Source: Eledone cirrhosa (Eukaryota). From it: 64,000 bases of DNA. The stretch spans positions 6,324,001 to 6,388,000 of the forward strand of contig OZ024745.1 of the NCBI GenBank assembly GCA_964016885.1, in the 5' to 3' direction. This document shows, piece by piece, positions 61,601 through 64,000 of this stretch (position 1 is the first letter of the stretch; every line of letters begins with the position of its first letter). Both the position numbers and the translations under genes were made by a program. Under the pieces are notes generated by a model. It did no database searches. It had not been told where the DNA came from and saw only the letters and a list, made by a program, of their open reading frames with translations.

Positions 61601-64000
61601 TCTGATATTGTATTATATTACTGTTTGATATAGTATTATATTTCTGTCTGATATAGTATTATATTACTGTCAGATATAGTATTATAATACTGTCAGATAT
61701 AGTATTATAATACTGTCAGATATAGTATTATATTACTTTTAGATATAGTATTATATTACTGTCAGATACAGTATTATATTACTGTCAGATATAGTATTAT
61801 AATATTGTCAGATATAGTATTATAATACTGTCAGATATAGTATTATAATACTGTCAGATATAGTATTATATTACTGTCAGATATTGTATTATATTACTGT
61901 CAGCTATAGTATTATAATACTGTCTGACAGTACTATATTACTGTCAGATGAAGTATTATATTACTGTCAGATATAGTGTTATAATACTGTAAGATATAGT
62001 ATTATATTACTGTCAGATATAGTGTGATAATACTGTCTGATATAGTATTATAATACTGTCAGATATAGTATTATAATACTGTCAGATATAGTATTATATT
62101 ACTGTCAGATATAGTGTGATAATACTGTCTGATATAGTATTATAATACTGTCAGATATTGTATTATATTACTGTCAGATATAGTATTATAATACTTCTCA
62201 GATATAGTATTATATTACTGTTAGATATAGTATTGTAATACTGTCAGATATTGTATTATATTACTGTCAGATATAGTATTATAATATTTCTCAGATATAG
62301 TATTATATTACTGTCAGATATAGTATTATAATACTGTCTAACCGTATTATATTACTGTCAGATATAGTATTATATTACTGTCAGATATAGTGTTATAATA
62401 CTGTCTGATATAGTATTATAATACTGTCAGTTATAGTATTATATTACTGTCAGATATAGTATTATATTACTGTCAGATATAGTATTATAATACTGTCAGA
62501 TATAGTATTATAATACTGTCAGATATAGTATTATAATACTGTCAGATATAGTATTATATTACTGTCAGATATAGTATTATAATACTGTCTGATATTGTAT
62601 TATATCACTGTCAGATATAGTATTATAATACTCTCAGTTATAGTATTATATTACTGTCAGATATAGTATTATATTACTGTCAGATATAGTATTATATTAC
62701 TGTCAGATATAGTATTAATTTACTGTCAGATATAGTATTATAATACTGTCAGATATTGTATTATATCACTGTCAGATATAGTATTATATTACTGTCTGAT
62801 ATATTATTATATCACTGTCAGATGAAGTATTATAATGATGTCAGATATAGTATTATAATACTGTCAGATATAGTATTATAATACTGTCAGATATGTTATT
62901 ATAATACTGTAAGATATAGTATTATATTACTGTCAGATTCAGTATTATAATACTGTCAGATATAGTATTATAATACTGTCAGATATAGTATTATAATACT
63001 GTCAGATATAGTATTATATTACTGTTAGATATAGTATTATAATACTGTCAGATATAATGTTATAATACTGTCAGATATAGTATTATAATACTGTCAGATA
63101 TAGTATTATATTACTGTCAGATATATTATTATATTACTGACAGATATAGTATTGTATTGCTGTCAGATATAGAATTATAATACTGTCAGATATAATTTTA
63201 TAATACTGTCAGATATAGTATTATAATACTGTCAGATATAGTATTATATTATTGTCAGATATAGTATTATAATACTGTCTGATATAGTATTATAATATTG
63301 TCAGATATAGTATTATATTACTGTCAGATATAGTATTATAATACTGTCTGATATTGTATTATATTACTGTTTGATATAGTATTATATTTCTGTCTGATAT
63401 AGTATTATATTACTGTCAGATATAGTATTATAATACTGTCAGATATAGTATTATAATACTGTCAGATATAGTATTATATTACTCTTAGATATAGTATTAT
63501 ATTACTGTCAGATATAGTATTATATTACTGTCAGATATAGTATTATAATACTGTCAGATATAGTATTATAATACTGTCAGATATAGTATTATAATACTGT
63601 CAGATATAGTATTATATTACTGTCAGATATTGTATTATATTACTGTCAGCTATAGTATTATAATACTGTCTGACAGTACTATATTACTGTCAGATAAAGT
63701 ATTATATTACTGTCAGATATAGTGTTATAATACCGTAAGATATAGTATTATATTACTGTCAGATATAGTGTGATAATACTGTCTGATATAGTATTATAAT
63801 ACTGTCAGATATAGTATTATAATACTGTCAGATATAGTATTGTATTACTGTCAGATATAGTGTGATAATACTGTCTGTTATAGTATTATAATACTGTCAG
63901 ATATTGTATTATATTACTGTCAGATATAGTATTATAATACTTCTCAGATATAGTATTATATTACTGTTAGATATAGTTTTATAATACTGTCAGATATTGT
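52666..64000. repeat. 23-bp AT-rich tandem satellite array (right arm)
   Basis: The same monomer resumes in register after the insert (AATACTGTCAGATATTGT...) and continues to the right edge. Confidence 0.99.
55470..64000 (+). repeat. Near-identical copy (at least 8.5 kb) of about 38215-46976, offset 17254 bp
   Basis: CAATTATAG 38857/56111, GCATTATATT 39531/56785, CTGTCGGATA 41791/59045, TAATACGGTC 42821/60075 and TATTAAGTTA 43621/60875 are +17254. The offset then becomes +17300 (44241/61541) and +17024 (46851/63875). Confidence 0.92.

Noticed and set aside
1-64000. CRISPR array or other repeat-spacer system
   Set aside because: The repeats are directly adjacent with no unique spacers, leader or cas genes. 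The single unique insert is 174 bp and has SINE hallmarks.
1-64000. Long yeast-type (Candida-like 23-bp) telomeric repeat
   Set aside because: There is no G-rich strand or telomere-like core. Many inherited variants arranged in kilobase duplications indicate recombinational satellite evolution, not telomerase synthesis.
1-64000. Bacterial -10 boxes (TATAAT) or TATA-like promoters in about half of the monomers
   Set aside because: These are a by-product of the AT-rich palindrome. There is no properly spaced -35 element and no downstream gene.
1-64000. The A/T monomer string as an information-bearing binary code or synthetic construct
   Set aside because: The pattern is copied along with the segmental duplications and accompanied by ordinary mutational variants. 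Nothing visible requires an encoding explanation.

Overview
The whole 64-kb window is one AT-rich tandem satellite array in a single head-to-tail orientation. It has roughly 2,770 copies of a 23-bp monomer, consensus ATATAGTATTATA(A/T)TACTGTCAG (5 G+C in 23). There are no credible protein-coding genes, and the one supplied ORF is translated satellite. Rare monomer variants show a nested mosaic of near-identical kilobase-scale duplications, with offsets of about 1.08, 1.8-2.0, 2.13, 2.2, 3.07, 5.3-5.5, 5.69 and 17.25 kb. The only non-satellite sequence is a 174-bp insert at 52492-52665. On the minus strand it reads as a tRNA-derived SINE (Pol III A and B boxes, then a Meta/MESC-like core). It is flanked by a 3-bp AAT target-site duplication, and two empty paralogous sites lie in the same window. 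This is most consistent with animal heterochromatin; from memory the SINE resembles octopus elements, which is unverified. The monomer is quasi-palindromic, and a recurrent 21-bp variant looks like a template-switch product. I see no new protein-based system. The interest lies in the array architecture and the datable insertion.
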